Positions 61,140 through 62,424 of a stretch of DNA of 62,424 bases are shown piece by piece. The notes under the pieces were generated by a model. The model was given only the letters and a program-made list of their open reading frames with translations. It was not told the origin of the DNA and made no database searches. The DNA is from Catajapyx aquilonaris (lineage: Eukaryota): contig KZ538135.1 in the NCBI GenBank assembly GCA_000934665.2, forward strand, positions 62,001 through 124,424, written 5' to 3'. Position 1 is the stretch's first letter. Each line of letters begins with the position of its first letter. Both the position numbers and the translations under genes were made by a program.

Positions 61140-61810
61140 AGAGCTAACCACCGGTTAACCGATGAACGTTAACTTACTTTCAAGCAAGTTGCGTCAGTTA
61201 ACTCTTTTAACTGGCCGTTAAGAGCAGACTGACTAACTCTTAACGTCTAACGATTAATGACTAACGACTGATTATTAACTACTAACGTCTAGCAAGTAAC
61301 TACTAACTTCTAGCAAGTAACCATACTAACTTCTAACCGACCATTAACTACGTACTAACTATACTAACTTACTACTATCAGCTAACAACGATACTAACTT
61401 ACTACTATAACTACTTATTTACTTACTAAGGGTGGAATTTTCGTCCCACTGCTAGCTACTGCTAACTTAGCAGTAACCATTCCCAACACCGGTACTGCTA
61501 AGTTAGCAGTAGCTAGCAGTGGGACGAAAATTCCACCCTAACCTACCAGCTAATAACGACTAACTGCAAGTTATTAACTTACTTCTAACTACTATCTTAC
61601 CAGCTAATAACGACTACTAAATTCTGCCAGTTACTAACTAGCTACTAACATACTGCTAACAGCCAGTTACTTACTAACTACTTACTACAGTACTAATTAG
61701 CCCTACTATCTGCCAGCTACTAACTAATTGCTAACTAAACTGACTGCCTCAACTGACCGTTAAGAGCTGACTAAACTGCAGTCAAATATTAACCGACCGT
61801 TAATCCTCGT
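61140..61810. repeat. Degenerate ACTAAC-rich simple repeat hosting a MITE
   Basis: Recurrent TACTAAC; CCGTTAAGAGC repeated at ~61215 and ~61757. Confidence 0.65.
61430..61538. mobile_element. PIF/Harbinger MITE, copy 2
   Basis: Perfect TIRs of ~47 bp starting GGGTGGAATTTTCGTCCCAC; TAA TSD. Confidence 0.9.
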
Positions 61811-62424
61811 TGCTAATTGGCTGATTTATCTCATGTGACCAGCAGGGGTGCCAACCTGTTAAAACCTGGTTGAACAAACCTACTGATACTATCAGCCCAA
61901 CTGACCTTCACTAGTCACATCTTGCTTCAAAAATTATGACCCGATGACCCTGTGACCTGGTGACCTCCCGATGAGAGCACATGCTCAGGCACAAGCACCT
62001 CTCGGCTCACCTGAGCCCAGACTAAGTCCAGCCTGTTTTGGGCAAAACTATCGCGTGCCAGGAAGCATTGACGCCAAACTTTTTAAACCGTCAAGAGTTG
62101 GAAATAACCGTCTGTCAGTCGGAGTAACGAGGTCTCCACACCCTCCACTCCCCTTCCATTTAACCCTTGATTTAGATCTCTCTTCCACCTACATTGATTC
62201 GGACTAGAATTACCTGCAAGGGCATAAGTCACTCTATTAGTGACCTAGTGTGGCAGGTCAAATGGGAGGGGCTGAGAGGCTCGCTGCTGCTTAGTGGTTA
62301 TACCATGGGTTATACGCGGTCGGAAAAGGCTGGTTCCATTTCAATCCAGACGGTGGGTGCCCAGTCATGGTCTTCGATTTTTTTTTAAAAAATATATGTG
62401 AAACCCACATCCAATTGAACCCTT

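Overview
This is a eukaryotic window, most likely an arthropod judging by the protein and SINE features. It holds two spliced protein-coding genes, both on the minus strand, in a transposon-rich background. (1) The 5' part of SCAPER: ATG at 6886, at least 15 coding exons, mostly 54-63 nt introns, running off the left edge. (2) A GRAM-domain/transmembrane gene (GRAMD2B/GRAMD3-like). Its conserved core lies at 11641-16133. Phase-compatible upstream exons were traced by eye out to about 58 kb, with several candidate alternative first exons and an overlapping spliced upstream ORF. The introns carry a deleted mariner element, five tRNA-derived SINE copies of three families (four with clear target-site duplications), a non-autonomous Helitron, many MITEs (Tc1/pogo, Harbinger, piggyBac-like, P-like, CACTA-like), minisatellites and one assembly gap. 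No prokaryotic system (CRISPR, operon, prophage) is present. The most interesting candidates are the multi-frame 5' end of the GRAM gene and apparent 3'-tail swapping among SINEs. All gene models and family names come from reading and recall, not from database searches.
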